From the IMG/VR virus record IMGVR_UViG_3300037189_030782: a stretch of 64,000 bases of DNA; one strand, 5' to 3'. Shown here one piece after another: positions 26,002 through 35,295 of this stretch (within the stretch, counting starts at the first letter, position 1; every line of letters starts with the position of its first letter). The position numbers and the translations under genes are program-made. The DNA comes from a virus (Duplodnaviria; Caudoviricetes). The notes beneath the pieces were generated by a model. The model made no database searches, was not told the DNA's origin, and saw only the letters and a program-made list of their open reading frames with translations.

Positions 26002-28845
26002 ATGGCCGTGTACCTTAGCCCTGGTGTATTTACAAAAGAAGTCGACCTAAGTGCGCTGCCTGAAGGCAATGGTGGTGTGATCCCAGCGTTCGTCGGTGCA
26101 TGCAGCAGGGGACCTATTGGAGTCCCGACTTTAGTAACTAGCGCAGCACAAGCGATTGACACGTTCGGCGATCCGATCAGCTACTTGATGCAATCCGTAC
26201 TAGCCTTCTTCGAGCAAGGCACTTCCTGTTACATCCAGCGCGTAGCAGTTGAATACAGTGATATTCTCCCAGATCCAGTGAAGCAGATAGCTGTTGATTC
26301 AACTACCAAGACTAACGGGTGGGGCAGGATTCCACTATTCCAGGGTCCAGATGTTGCTCGTTTACCGTTTAAATTGATTGATTCAAGCAATCCAGTAACG
26401 TTTTCTGCTGCAGTCGTCTCGACCCCAACATTTTACCAATATCACGTAGCCACTTACGGCACCACCACTGCTGCAATGACGGTTACTGGCACATACACTT
26501 ACACTGCTCAACGTACTTTTTCGGTTAAAATAGTTGGCGCTCCAAGCGAACCAACTGCTGGCGCCAGAATCGGCGGAGCGCTCTACGAAGTGTACGATGG
26601 AGTGCAGTCTTCTCCTGTACTGTCTGGTGCATTTTCAACTAATAATCACGGTAATGGCCCTTCGGCGGCGATAGCTTTAACCTACACCACTGAGGCTGGT
26701 GAAGATGTTGTTACAGGCTTATCGTTCACAGTAACTGTGTCGAGTGGTGAACTCCATGAGGATGACCTGTTCGTCTTCACCGCTGCGCCTGATAATCGCA
26801 AATTCTACGTGGCTGTCGAGCACGTGACTGGCGCCATGATCACTGTTCCAGCCGGTACGTACACTTCAGCTAGCGCATTAGCGACTGCGATTAACAATCT
26901 ATTGGGCGCTGAAGATTACATCTGCACTACCAGTGACACAACGCCAGCTGTGGCGGTCCTTCAAAGTGTTGATTCAGGTGCTTTGATCCAATTGGTTGAC
27001 AGCATTGCTTTCGGCAACACTGTTGGTGTTCCTAACTTTACACTCGACCAGGTGCGTGGCCATTTCACAGCTACGAATGCTGGCCCTTACATCATAGGGG
27101 CAGCCAATAACAACGTAAGACTTGATGTGATTTCAAGCACCGTTAAGTCATTTAACTTTACGTTGCCTTCTGGCACTTACACTGCAGCCGATCTGGCATC
27201 GCAATTGAATAACCATGCAACAATCGACGGCGTGAGCTATTTCAACGCTATTGCAGTCGAATTGCCTGGTAGTGATGTCAATGGTGACACTTACGTGCTA
27301 ATCAGCACGACCACTAACAATAACACCGCCACGATCAAGCTTTACGCAGATTACACTTTCCTTTCTACATTGCAGTTCGCTGCAGAATTAGGCATCAACA
27401 GTCCATTTGTTAGAAGCTATCGTGGATTCAATGATACACGGACAGTTCTACCAACGCCAAGCTTGCTTGATCCAAGCATTCCTAATAGCTGTGCAACTGA
27501 TCCAACTGGCGATCAATGTGCAAAAGATACTAACTACTATTCTGAGATAGTCGGATTCTTTATAGCGCCATCCGCTGGCACTTGGTCGTCGGGTTACAAG
27601 ATTAATCTGACCAGTAATTCGACTAGCCCAGGGTCGCCGGTAGGCAGATACTCATTGCAGATCAGCCAAAGCAGCGGGCAAGTCGTAGAGTCTTATGATG
27701 AAGTCTACTTTGATCCTACTGCTGACCGCTACATTGCTAATGTGATCAATCCAGGAAGCAAGTACGGCGGGGTTACTGGCAGTACTTACATCAACTGGGA
27801 AGCTCGGCCTTCGACGGTCGGACCAGGCGAAACTAGGTTACCATCGCCCAAGTACAATGCTGCGTTTAAGGGTGGCCAGAATGGCATTCCTACTGGTGCC
27901 TATTCTAACTACTTGGATGCTGCGATTGTGGGCAATCCAGCTTTAGCATCTGGCCTTTACGCTTTCCAGAATCCGGAATCGATTGATATTAGTGTGTTGG
28001 CTGTGCCAGGGATCACATCTGGTGCAGTAATCGGCACAGCAATTGCAGTTTGCGAAAGCCGTGGCGATGTGCTAATGTTAGTTGATCCCCCATTCGGGTT
28101 ACGTCCGCAGCAAGTTGTGGATTGGAGCAATGGCGTTCTGCCAGATGGTTCGACCAGCAATGCTTTAAACACTTCGTACGGCGCGCTTTACTGGAGCTGG
28201 ATTAAGCGATTTAATCAATTCACCAGTGAATACGAATGGGTGCCGCCGAGTGGTTACGTTGCAGCGGTGATCGCTAGGACTGCCAGGGATTACGAACCAT
28301 GGTATGCTCCTGCTGGAATAACTCGTGGCAGGTTAAATTCTGCTCTGGCGGTCGAGTACAGTCCTACCGAGGGCGAACGTGATTTGCTTTACGGCAACGG
28401 AAACGTTGTAAACCCGATCGTCGACTTCCCTCAAGACGGTATTATCGTTTTCGGTCAACGTACCTTACAACGTGTGCCTACTGCTCTTGATAGGGTTAGT
28501 GTGAGACTGTTGATGACGTTCCTGAAGAAACTGCTGACACGCACTTTACGTCAGTTCATCTTCGAACCTAACGACACTATTCTGCGTGCGCAGGTCACAA
28601 ATGTACTTGATCCTTTGCTCGGTGATGTGCTGAATCGCAGGGGAGTGACAGCTTACAAGATTGTTTGTAACAACACTAATAACACCCCTGAAAGAATCGA
28701 TCGTCAAGAGTTATGGGTGTCGATCTTTGTTAAACCTACCAAGGCTGTCGAGTTCATCGCTCTGAATTTGGTCGTTCTTCGCACAGGTGCGTCATTTACC
28801 GCCGAGGAAATCTTGGCGGCTGGTGGCGTAGTTTCCACTAACTAA
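26002..28845 (+). CDS. Contractile tail sheath protein (gp18-like)
   Basis: YLSPGVFTKEVDLS, AFVGACSRGP, APAGITRG, FGQRTL, FIFEPND, FVKPTKAVEFI. Confidence 0.95.
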   Translation: MAVYLSPGVFTKEVDLSALPEGNGGVIPAFVGACSRGPIGVPTLVTSAAQAIDTFGDPISYLMQSVLAFFEQGTSCYIQRVAVEYSDILPDPVKQIAVDSTTKTNGWGRIPLFQGPDVARLPFKLIDSSNPVTFSAAVVSTPTFYQYHVATYGTTTAAMTVTGTYTYTAQRTFSVKIVGAPSEPTAGARIGGALYEVYDGVQSSPVLSGAFSTNNHGNGPSAAIALTYTTEAGEDVVTGLSFTVTVSSGELHEDDLFVFTAAPDNRKFYVAVEHVTGAMITVPAGTYTSASALATAINNLLGAEDYICTTSDTTPAVAVLQSVDSGALIQLVDSIAFGNTVGVPNFTLDQVRGHFTATNAGPYIIGAANNNVRLDVISSTVKSFNFTLPSGTYTAADLASQLNNHATIDGVSYFNAIAVELPGSDVNGDTYVLISTTTNNNTATIKLYADYTFLSTLQFAAELGINSPFVRSYRGFNDTRTVLPTPSLLDPSIPNSCATDPTGDQCAKDTNYYSEIVGFFIAPSAGTWSSGYKINLTSNSTSPGSPVGRYSLQISQSSGQVVESYDEVYFDPTADRYIANVINPGSKYGGVTGSTYINWEARPSTVGPGETRLPSPKYNAAFKGGQNGIPTGAYSNYLDAAIVGNPALASGLYAFQNPESIDISVLAVPGITSGAVIGTAIAVCESRGDVLMLVDPPFGLRPQQVVDWSNGVLPDGSTSNALNTSYGALYWSWIKRFNQFTSEYEWVPPSGYVAAVIARTARDYEPWYAPAGITRGRLNSALAVEYSPTEGERDLLYGNGNVVNPIVDFPQDGIIVFGQRTLQRVPTALDRVSVRLLMTFLKKLLTRTLRQFIFEPNDTILRAQVTNVLDPLLGDVLNRRGVTAYKIVCNNTNNTPERIDRQELWVSIFVKPTKAVEFIALNLVVLRTGASFTAEEILAAGGVVSTN

Positions 28846-28860
28846 CAAAGGAGTCTAGTA

Positions 28861-29385
28861 ATGCCAGGATTTAACGTAGCTGGATTAGGTGGCGGTGGGC
28901 CCAACAATCTCGGTGAGATGAAACGGGTCTACCGTTGGCAGATGTCTTTCTTGGGTCGCGGTGCTGGTAATTTTCCGACCAACTGCCTGTTACTACTTAA
29001 GAAGGCCACTCGTCCTTCGTGGAACTCCGAAGCTGTGACGATGCATCATCAGCAGGAAGAGATCTACTATGCTGGTAAGCAAAAATGGGATGCTGTCGGC
29101 ATTGAGTGGTACGATTCTGAACAATCTCCTAACGTAAGCCAGGAAGTGTGGACCTGGTGTACGTCAATTGTAAATATGTCGACGATCGCTGTATCTTCGC
29201 CAGCTGACCACAAGAAGAATTCCACCTTAGAAATGTTAAATGGAATTGGTTCGCCAACGGAAAGATGGACGATGTACGGATGCTGGCCGAAGAAAATAGC
29301 ATTCAACGACGTTAATTATGAAACGAACCAGATTATTTCGGTAAATGCCGAAATGTCTTACGATAGGGCTAACCGAGTGCTCTAA
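28861..29385 (+). CDS. Tail tube protein 1 (gp19-like)
   Basis: YRWQM, KKATRP, YYAGKQKWD, WTMYGCWPKKI, MSYD. Confidence 0.85.
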   Translation: MPGFNVAGLGGGGPNNLGEMKRVYRWQMSFLGRGAGNFPTNCLLLLKKATRPSWNSEAVTMHHQQEEIYYAGKQKWDAVGIEWYDSEQSPNVSQEVWTWCTSIVNMSTIAVSSPADHKKNSTLEMLNGIGSPTERWTMYGCWPKKIAFNDVNYETNQIISVNAEMSYDRANRVL

Positions 29386-29948
29386 TGCCAGGTTTTCAGA
29401 TTCCTGAAGAAGGTGCAGTAGGGCCACCAGCCGATGGTGGCCCTGCTAATACCGCTGAGATGATGAGGAAATACAGGTGGACTTTACGAATATCTGTTCC
29501 TGGTTTTATACCTTTTGTAAATAATTTTGTAGATCTTAGCGTTGCGTCTTGTGATCGGCCTAAGGTCGAATTTAAGGAAATGGAAATACATAATGGGGCC
29601 GATGTAATTTACAGGCCTGGCAAAGTGACTTATAAACCAATCAGCATTAAGTATTATGAGGCTGCCACGACAGCCGGTAACGTAAACGCCACAGCCTTTA
29701 GATTTTCGACGTGGTGGTCACAATTCGTTTTCCAGCAAGCAGACTCTAGATATGGAAAACGTGAAGCCTATGCTGCTAAGTGCGATATTAAGATGTCAGA
29801 CGGTAGTGGAAATACCATGTGGCATTACACATTGTACAATTGCTGGCCGTCAACTTTAGATCCCGATGGGTTGGACTACAGCTCTAATGAAATTTCTACA
29901 TACTCATTGACTTTACGGTACGATAGATTTGTGGAGAAATTTGAATAA
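29385..29948 (+). CDS. Tail tube protein 2 (gp19-like)
   Basis: KYRWTL, CDRPKV, YRPGKVTY, YTLYNCWPSTL, LTLRYD. Confidence 0.8.
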   Translation: MPGFQIPEEGAVGPPADGGPANTAEMMRKYRWTLRISVPGFIPFVNNFVDLSVASCDRPKVEFKEMEIHNGADVIYRPGKVTYKPISIKYYEAATTAGNVNATAFRFSTWWSQFVFQQADSRYGKREAYAAKCDIKMSDGSGNTMWHYTLYNCWPSTLDPDGLDYSSNEISTYSLTLRYDRFVEKFE

Positions 29949-29957
29949 GAGGTGCAT

Positions 29958-30488
29958 ATGCCTGGTTTCCGAATTGAAGGCATAGGTGGCAATAGCAGAT
30001 TTGCGGATTCTAATGCCAGTTATTACACTAAGTTCTATTGGGAAATACAACAATTACTCGGCTTAGCTTTCGCTCCTGGGTCGGTATTGGTATCATTAAA
30101 GTCATGTAGTTTACCGACGTTTAAAGTTGATGTGGAAACGATAGTCGGCGCTTCTCATAAGTATAAGCATGCTAAAAGCATAGATTGGGAAAATATCAAA
30201 GTGACTTGGTATGATACAGTGGGGTTACTGCCGATAATGAAGCAATGGCGAGAATCTGTGTGGTCGTTCAGTGGCGGTTTGAAAACTCCTGATACTTATA
30301 AGAAGAACAGCAGCATCTTGGTCAAAACTCCCGATGAGGTAGGATCGCAAAAATGGAATCTATACCAAAGCTGGCCAGCATCAATCACCCATGGCGATTT
30401 AAGCTACACTGAGTCAGAGGTGAAGTTGATCGATGTAGATATTGTGTATGATTGGGCTGAAGAGTCATCCGAAGCAACTGAAACGTAG
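29958..30488 (+). CDS. Tail tube protein 3 (gp19-like)
   Basis: KSCSLPTF, YKHAKSIDW, WNLYQSWPASI, IVYDWA. Confidence 0.8.
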   Translation: MPGFRIEGIGGNSRFADSNASYYTKFYWEIQQLLGLAFAPGSVLVSLKSCSLPTFKVDVETIVGASHKYKHAKSIDWENIKVTWYDTVGLLPIMKQWRESVWSFSGGLKTPDTYKKNSSILVKTPDEVGSQKWNLYQSWPASITHGDLSYTESEVKLIDVDIVYDWAEESSEATET

Positions 30489-30495
30489 GAACCAC

Positions 30496-31464
30496 ATGTC
30501 AGAAGAAAATCTATTGGATTCGACACGAATGCCATCGCATCAGTCGGATGCGACGATGAACGATGGCGTAGTGTATGGACAATTGGAAGACATATCTGGG
30601 CCCAATTCGTCAAATGAAGAATTTGTAAAAAGTCTATTGGCGACTCCTAAAGAGAAGCTAATCCCTTGGGAAGACTGCTCGTTACCGAGTAAAGGTCTGT
30701 ATTATGGATGGGGTCATGGGATCATCCAAGTACGGGCCATGAGCCAGACTGCAGAAAAGGTGCTGGCTACGCAACGGTTAGCCCAATCAGGCCAAAGCAT
30801 CGATTATCTTTTTAGGGAATGCTGTAAGTTCCCAGATGGTTTTGATCCTTCGATGCTGTTAGTGGGTGACAGGATCTTTTTGCTGTACTACTTACGTGGT
30901 ATCACACATGGTAATCTGTACGAGTTCCAACTGACATGCCCTAATACGGCATGCAGTAGCATTAGTACTCACACATACGATTTAAATGAGTTAGCTGGGA
31001 CTGTGACCTACGCTAACGATGAATTGGGATCTGAACCATTTAAAGTCATCTTGCCATATTTGACAAAGGCGACTGGCCGAGAGGTCTATGTTAATTTGAG
31101 GTTTATCAGATCAGTAGACACTACCGGAATGTTAGCTAAGAGAAAGATCGCTAAAAATTCAGCGGCACATTCATCAAAACAGCCAAGATTCAAATCCACC
31201 ATCACATCTGACGACTTAGATAACACGTTGAATGAGAATCTTGAGAAGGTGATTGTTGACATCATGGGGGTGTCAGACGAATATGCCATCAAGCAGTTCG
31301 TCGATAAACTGCACGCTCAGGATACTTCTGCGATTAGGGAATGGTTAAAGGACAACACTCCGGGGATTGATACTACGATTAAGGTGGCTTGCCCTGATTG
31401 CGAAAACGAGTATTCGGCACAGTTGCCAATAAGTGAAGGCTTCTTTCGCCCAGCAAAGCGCTGA
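30496..31464 (+). CDS. Baseplate hub / tail assembly chaperone (T4 gp26-like)
   Basis: LPSKGLYY, VRAMS, GDRIFLL, CPNTAC, CPDC...GFF C-terminus. Confidence 0.8.
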   Translation: MSEENLLDSTRMPSHQSDATMNDGVVYGQLEDISGPNSSNEEFVKSLLATPKEKLIPWEDCSLPSKGLYYGWGHGIIQVRAMSQTAEKVLATQRLAQSGQSIDYLFRECCKFPDGFDPSMLLVGDRIFLLYYLRGITHGNLYEFQLTCPNTACSSISTHTYDLNELAGTVTYANDELGSEPFKVILPYLTKATGREVYVNLRFIRSVDTTGMLAKRKIAKNSAAHSSKQPRFKSTITSDDLDNTLNENLEKVIVDIMGVSDEYAIKQFVDKLHAQDTSAIREWLKDNTPGIDTTIKVACPDCENEYSAQLPISEGFFRPAKR

Positions 31465-31702
31465 TAGTTTAGAAAAACAGTACGATTCATTGCTTGAGCA
31501 GCAATTTTTGCTCAAGCAACATGGCGGTCTTACGTTATTTGAACAAGATAACATGACTGCGGAAGATCGTAAATGGTGGATCAAAAGACTAGAAAAAGAG
31601 AATCGAGATCGCGAAGAGCGTGAAAAGGGCTATTCGTCGTCAATGCCTTCTATGCCTTCCATGCCTTCCGTGCCTTCTATGCCTTCTATGCCTAGGCGAT
31701 AG
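31433..31702 (+). CDS. Small gp51-like assembly factor with (SMP)n tail; start uncertain (GTG 31433 or TTG 31490)
   Basis: FLLKQHGGLTLFEQDNMTAEDRKWW resembles the gp51 pattern; follows the gp26-like gene. Confidence 0.6.
   Translation: MKASFAQQSADSLEKQYDSLLEQQFLLKQHGGLTLFEQDNMTAEDRKWWIKRLEKENRDREEREKGYSSSMPSMPSMPSVPSMPSMPRR
31640..31693 (+). repeat. 9-bp coding tandem repeat x6 (Ser-Met/Val-Pro)
   Basis: tcaatgcct tctatgcct tccatgcct tccgtgcct tctatgcct tctatgcct. Confidence 0.9.
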
Positions 31703-31729
31703 GTAAAAATACCATAAAGGGGTTTACCT

Positions 31730-32590
31730 ATGGCATGCAATGTACCTGCTGTTTTTTTTCCGCGTATCTCAGCTCGCCGTGGCGAAATAGTGGACTTGAA
31801 TAATGAATTTTTTCTCGGCGGTAGGCCAACCAATCCATATGCAATTCGTAAAGTCGAGATCTATAAAACAAGTGTCATTCCAGGAAATTTAATCGCAGCC
31901 ATTCCGGTAGTGGATCCATGTGACCCATTATATCCGGCTCCATTGTGCCAGCCTGATACTATCACTCCTGTCTCACCATGCGATGTTACAGCAACACCGA
32001 GCGGTCCGTTAGAGGGACAGTATCATCTCTACTTTCATATACCGAATGACTTTGCATGCCCAGAAGTCTATATTGACCTGTGGTATTATTATGCTACTGA
32101 CCCTTGTGATTACGGCACAGGTTGCCCTACGTGTCCATTAGATGATCCAGCCAATGAAGCAAAGCTGCTTAAGTGTTGTCACCAGTTTTGGGTCTACCCA
32201 AATAACTGGTTCTGCGACGATGGGTTAGAGACTGTAAGATTCGGATTCGAACCTTTAGACCAAAAATTCTACAGTCCGGAATTTCGGCCACTCGAAGTTG
32301 GGCTGATGCCTTTGCCATTATATGACTACAATTATAATCTGGTCGACCCCATGATACCGTTTCTTCAACCTTACATCACCATTACTACGCAAAATTGCGA
32401 GACGATAATAAAAGACGCTCCTTGCACCATAGGGTTAAGACAAGGGTCATTCAGGGCTAATCCGTATGTGATTCAATATCCATTAAATACTACCGATTTT
32501 CTGAAGGGCACCTATAACTATCAGATTAAATTAGTATTACCAAATGGTCAATCACGTGTGTCAAAACGCTACGTGTTGAGCATCCAATAG
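31730..32590 (+). CDS. Cys/Pro-rich hypothetical virion protein
   Basis: Many Cys (DPCDP, CPTCP, KCCH); beta-rich C-terminus. Confidence 0.75.
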   Translation: MACNVPAVFFPRISARRGEIVDLNNEFFLGGRPTNPYAIRKVEIYKTSVIPGNLIAAIPVVDPCDPLYPAPLCQPDTITPVSPCDVTATPSGPLEGQYHLYFHIPNDFACPEVYIDLWYYYATDPCDYGTGCPTCPLDDPANEAKLLKCCHQFWVYPNNWFCDDGLETVRFGFEPLDQKFYSPEFRPLEVGLMPLPLYDYNYNLVDPMIPFLQPYITITTQNCETIIKDAPCTIGLRQGSFRANPYVIQYPLNTTDFLKGTYNYQIKLVLPNGQSRVSKRYVLSIQ

Positions 32591-32603
32591 TATTGAACTA
32601 GCT

Positions 32604-33650
32604 ATGGGAAAATCGAACATACCAGCTGGTAAGATAAAAGCATGGGTAGCTAAGCGGTTTCAGTTCAAGGAAAGGAAAGATGGCGTAGAATTAGTATTAA
32701 ACAATCCCTTAACGTATGATGACGGTGAGCATTTTAGCATAAACATCGAGAAAGGTGTCTGCGGTGATTGGCGCGGTAACGAGTGGGCAGGCCCAATCAC
32801 TCATACTGGAAAACGCAATACTAGTTTCCTGAATTTCGTATCGAAAGTCCTAAAGTGCAGTATCAGAGAGGCGTTGAAGTCAGTATTAGGAGACCATGCT
32901 GACTTGTATGCGGTCAGCAAAGAGCAAATTAGCAAGCCGGATCCTAGAATCATAGCAATACCTGCGGAGTTCAAGCCGATCAGTGGAGATACAGAAGACC
33001 AGCAGTCATTGATCTCTTTAATGTACTTGTTAAAAAGAGGATACTCGGATGTTGAGATAACGAAAGGAAATCTGCATGTCAATGGCGTCACGGTTCTTTG
33101 GCCATACTACGAGTTCGGTGAATTGGTCTATTGGCAAAGCCGAAGTGTGATTAATAAAGCATTTAATTTTCCTACTAATGTAGTCGATGTGGACGGTAGT
33201 AAGATTGGTAAGAGTGATTTTTTATATGGCTTCGATGATTGTGAGCCAAACCGGTATCTAATTTTGGTAGAGGCGATTTTCGATAAAATGACGTTGGGTG
33301 ATCAATGCTGTGCCATCGGCGGTGCGATGCTAACTGAGAAGCAAGCTCGTAAAGTCTGTTTTCTTAAGCCTAAGTCTGGCATCATTCTTGCGGTCGATAA
33401 TGATTTAGCTGGGCTTAGGAGCATCATATCCAATCATGGCATCTTAAAACCCCATGGCTTTAAGTTGTTCTATGCGATACCACCATCGGGGGCTAAAGAT
33501 TGGAACGAGTGTATCACTGAGCGCGGTTTAGATAAACCAAGTATCAGAAGGGCGATGGCTGATAGCATACAGCTTTTAGATATGCAAGCATTAATTAAAA
33601 TAACAAGACAGATAGCTGCAGCTGAAAAAGACAAAAAAAAGAGATCATAG
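32604..33650 (+). CDS. DNA primase (DnaG / TOPRIM)
   Basis: LVYWQSR, FLYGFD, LVEAIFD, AVDNDLAG (DxD), KDWNE. Confidence 0.85.
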   Translation: MGKSNIPAGKIKAWVAKRFQFKERKDGVELVLNNPLTYDDGEHFSINIEKGVCGDWRGNEWAGPITHTGKRNTSFLNFVSKVLKCSIREALKSVLGDHADLYAVSKEQISKPDPRIIAIPAEFKPISGDTEDQQSLISLMYLLKRGYSDVEITKGNLHVNGVTVLWPYYEFGELVYWQSRSVINKAFNFPTNVVDVDGSKIGKSDFLYGFDDCEPNRYLILVEAIFDKMTLGDQCCAIGGAMLTEKQARKVCFLKPKSGIILAVDNDLAGLRSIISNHGILKPHGFKLFYAIPPSGAKDWNECITERGLDKPSIRRAMADSIQLLDMQALIKITRQIAAAEKDKKKRS

Positions 33651-33920
33651 GACGTGTTTTTTAATGATATTTGCGTATTCCATTTTGTATTCACGGTAAT
33701 TAGCATTTACATCAATCATGTTTTTCAGTGTATGATATCGCATTTTACCCGAGTAGTTTTTCCATTCTGCTGCTAAAGCTTTCAGCGCAGCGACTTCTTC
33801 ACTACCGAACGCTGTGGATAACACTCCGCAATATTTGTTATTCTTGTTACCTAAATATAATATAAGCACTTCACTAGGTGACTTTCCTGGTAATACGTAA
33901 GAAAGGTTCCAAATTTCCAT
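33645..33920 (-). CDS. Hypothetical protein (91 aa)
   Basis: Fills the gap between primase and hub gene; protein-like composition. Confidence 0.6.
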   Translation of the reverse strand: MEIWNLSYVLPGKSPSEVLILYLGNKNNKYCGVLSTAFGSEEVAALKALAAEWKNYSGKMRYHTLKNMIDVNANYREYKMEYANIIKKHVL

Positions 33921-35262
33921 GGCTGGATCACCACCGACATCTAAAGCATCATATTTTTATGTATCATTTCAAGTGGGACACTTCGGTACGCCGACTGATG
34001 ATTACGGCTCAAAGGTGTTTTCAGCGGAATTCACCGGAATGGTCAATAATGGTTACAGTGTCACATTTCGTGTAAATGATGCATTCTTGCTTTTGCTTAA
34101 CGATTTAATAGCTAGAGATTATCTTAAGACAGCAAAAAAGGAACCATTGTATATCGAATTTCAGTACCGTAATGCAAGTGGCGATGTGACCATACCGGAT
34201 AATGCCACGCCGCTACGCACTGCTATCGTGACCACTATGGAGTTTTGTCAAGGTCCATTTGAGAAGGGCCAAGCCGAGATTACCGCTGTGGACCCTGCGA
34301 CCTATTTCCTCAGTACATCTTTTGCTGACGGTGGTGTGTTGGTAGGCAGCCTTGACCAAGCATTAACCAAATTATTTAATAATGTGCTCTTATATGTCAC
34401 CACTACGGTTACAAAATTCCGTGGATCGGATACAATGAGATGGTATTTGCTCAGAATGGATTATAAGACGTTCTTAATGAATTTGCTCGAATATGGTGCA
34501 GCGTTAACATATGATCAGACTGGTATTATTATCGAGACGGATGGTTTCACTCTTAATATAGGAACGCAGGGACAGATACCTAGCAGACAGAGGAGATTTT
34601 ATAGCGCAGGTCAGGGTCTGCCCAATACCCTTCTTACTGGCCGAATAATTTCTAACAATAGCCAATTCGTAGTAGCTGGCGCCATTTCTAGCGCAGGGAC
34701 ACCGAGCACATATAATGCGTATTTCAGTAATGATAACCAGTCAGTATTTAATAATTACCCTGTTTATTCATACTGCGTAGTGGGAGAAAATTACACTGCC
34801 ACTAAACAAATCCCCAAAGTATCGCCTGCGGGTAGCTTTGAAGGTCCGGACCCTGGCTCAGTAGTCGATGTTGTCACTAACCCACAAACGCAGATTGCAC
34901 TTGGTATCGGGATGACGAATTTCAATTCAATGCCAGAAATGTACTCTGGGGGTGAGATAGGTGTGCCATATCAAGATTATCTCGATGGGAAGGCCAGAGC
35001 TTATTATTTCGGTCTTCTAAACAATGAATTGAAAGGCGTAATAACTGTTCCAGGTGACGGTGAATTTGCAGACACCAAAGGCCTTGGTGTCGATACAGTG
35101 TACATTAGATGGGCTTTAGCAAACGAGCAGGGACCATATTGGGCAAATGGTAATTGGTGTGTATATGGTTTTCGTCATACGTTTAAGATAACGACAGGAT
35201 GGCTGACTGACATTTATGTAAGCCGGTGGGATTCTAACGGGACCGGAGTTCAAGTGCCGTAG
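33919..35262 (+). CDS. Tail/baseplate hub protein (gp27 / late-control-D-like)
   Basis: Beta-rich; position before tape measure; C-terminal NWCVYGFRHTF...TDIYV pattern. Confidence 0.5.
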   Translation: MAGSPPTSKASYFYVSFQVGHFGTPTDDYGSKVFSAEFTGMVNNGYSVTFRVNDAFLLLLNDLIARDYLKTAKKEPLYIEFQYRNASGDVTIPDNATPLRTAIVTTMEFCQGPFEKGQAEITAVDPATYFLSTSFADGGVLVGSLDQALTKLFNNVLLYVTTTVTKFRGSDTMRWYLLRMDYKTFLMNLLEYGAALTYDQTGIIIETDGFTLNIGTQGQIPSRQRRFYSAGQGLPNTLLTGRIISNNSQFVVAGAISSAGTPSTYNAYFSNDNQSVFNNYPVYSYCVVGENYTATKQIPKVSPAGSFEGPDPGSVVDVVTNPQTQIALGIGMTNFNSMPEMYSGGEIGVPYQDYLDGKARAYYFGLLNNELKGVITVPGDGEFADTKGLGVDTVYIRWALANEQGPYWANGNWCVYGFRHTFKITTGWLTDIYVSRWDSNGTGVQVP

Positions 35263-35295
35263 CGGTAACCCAAATATAAATTTGGAGGCCGCATA

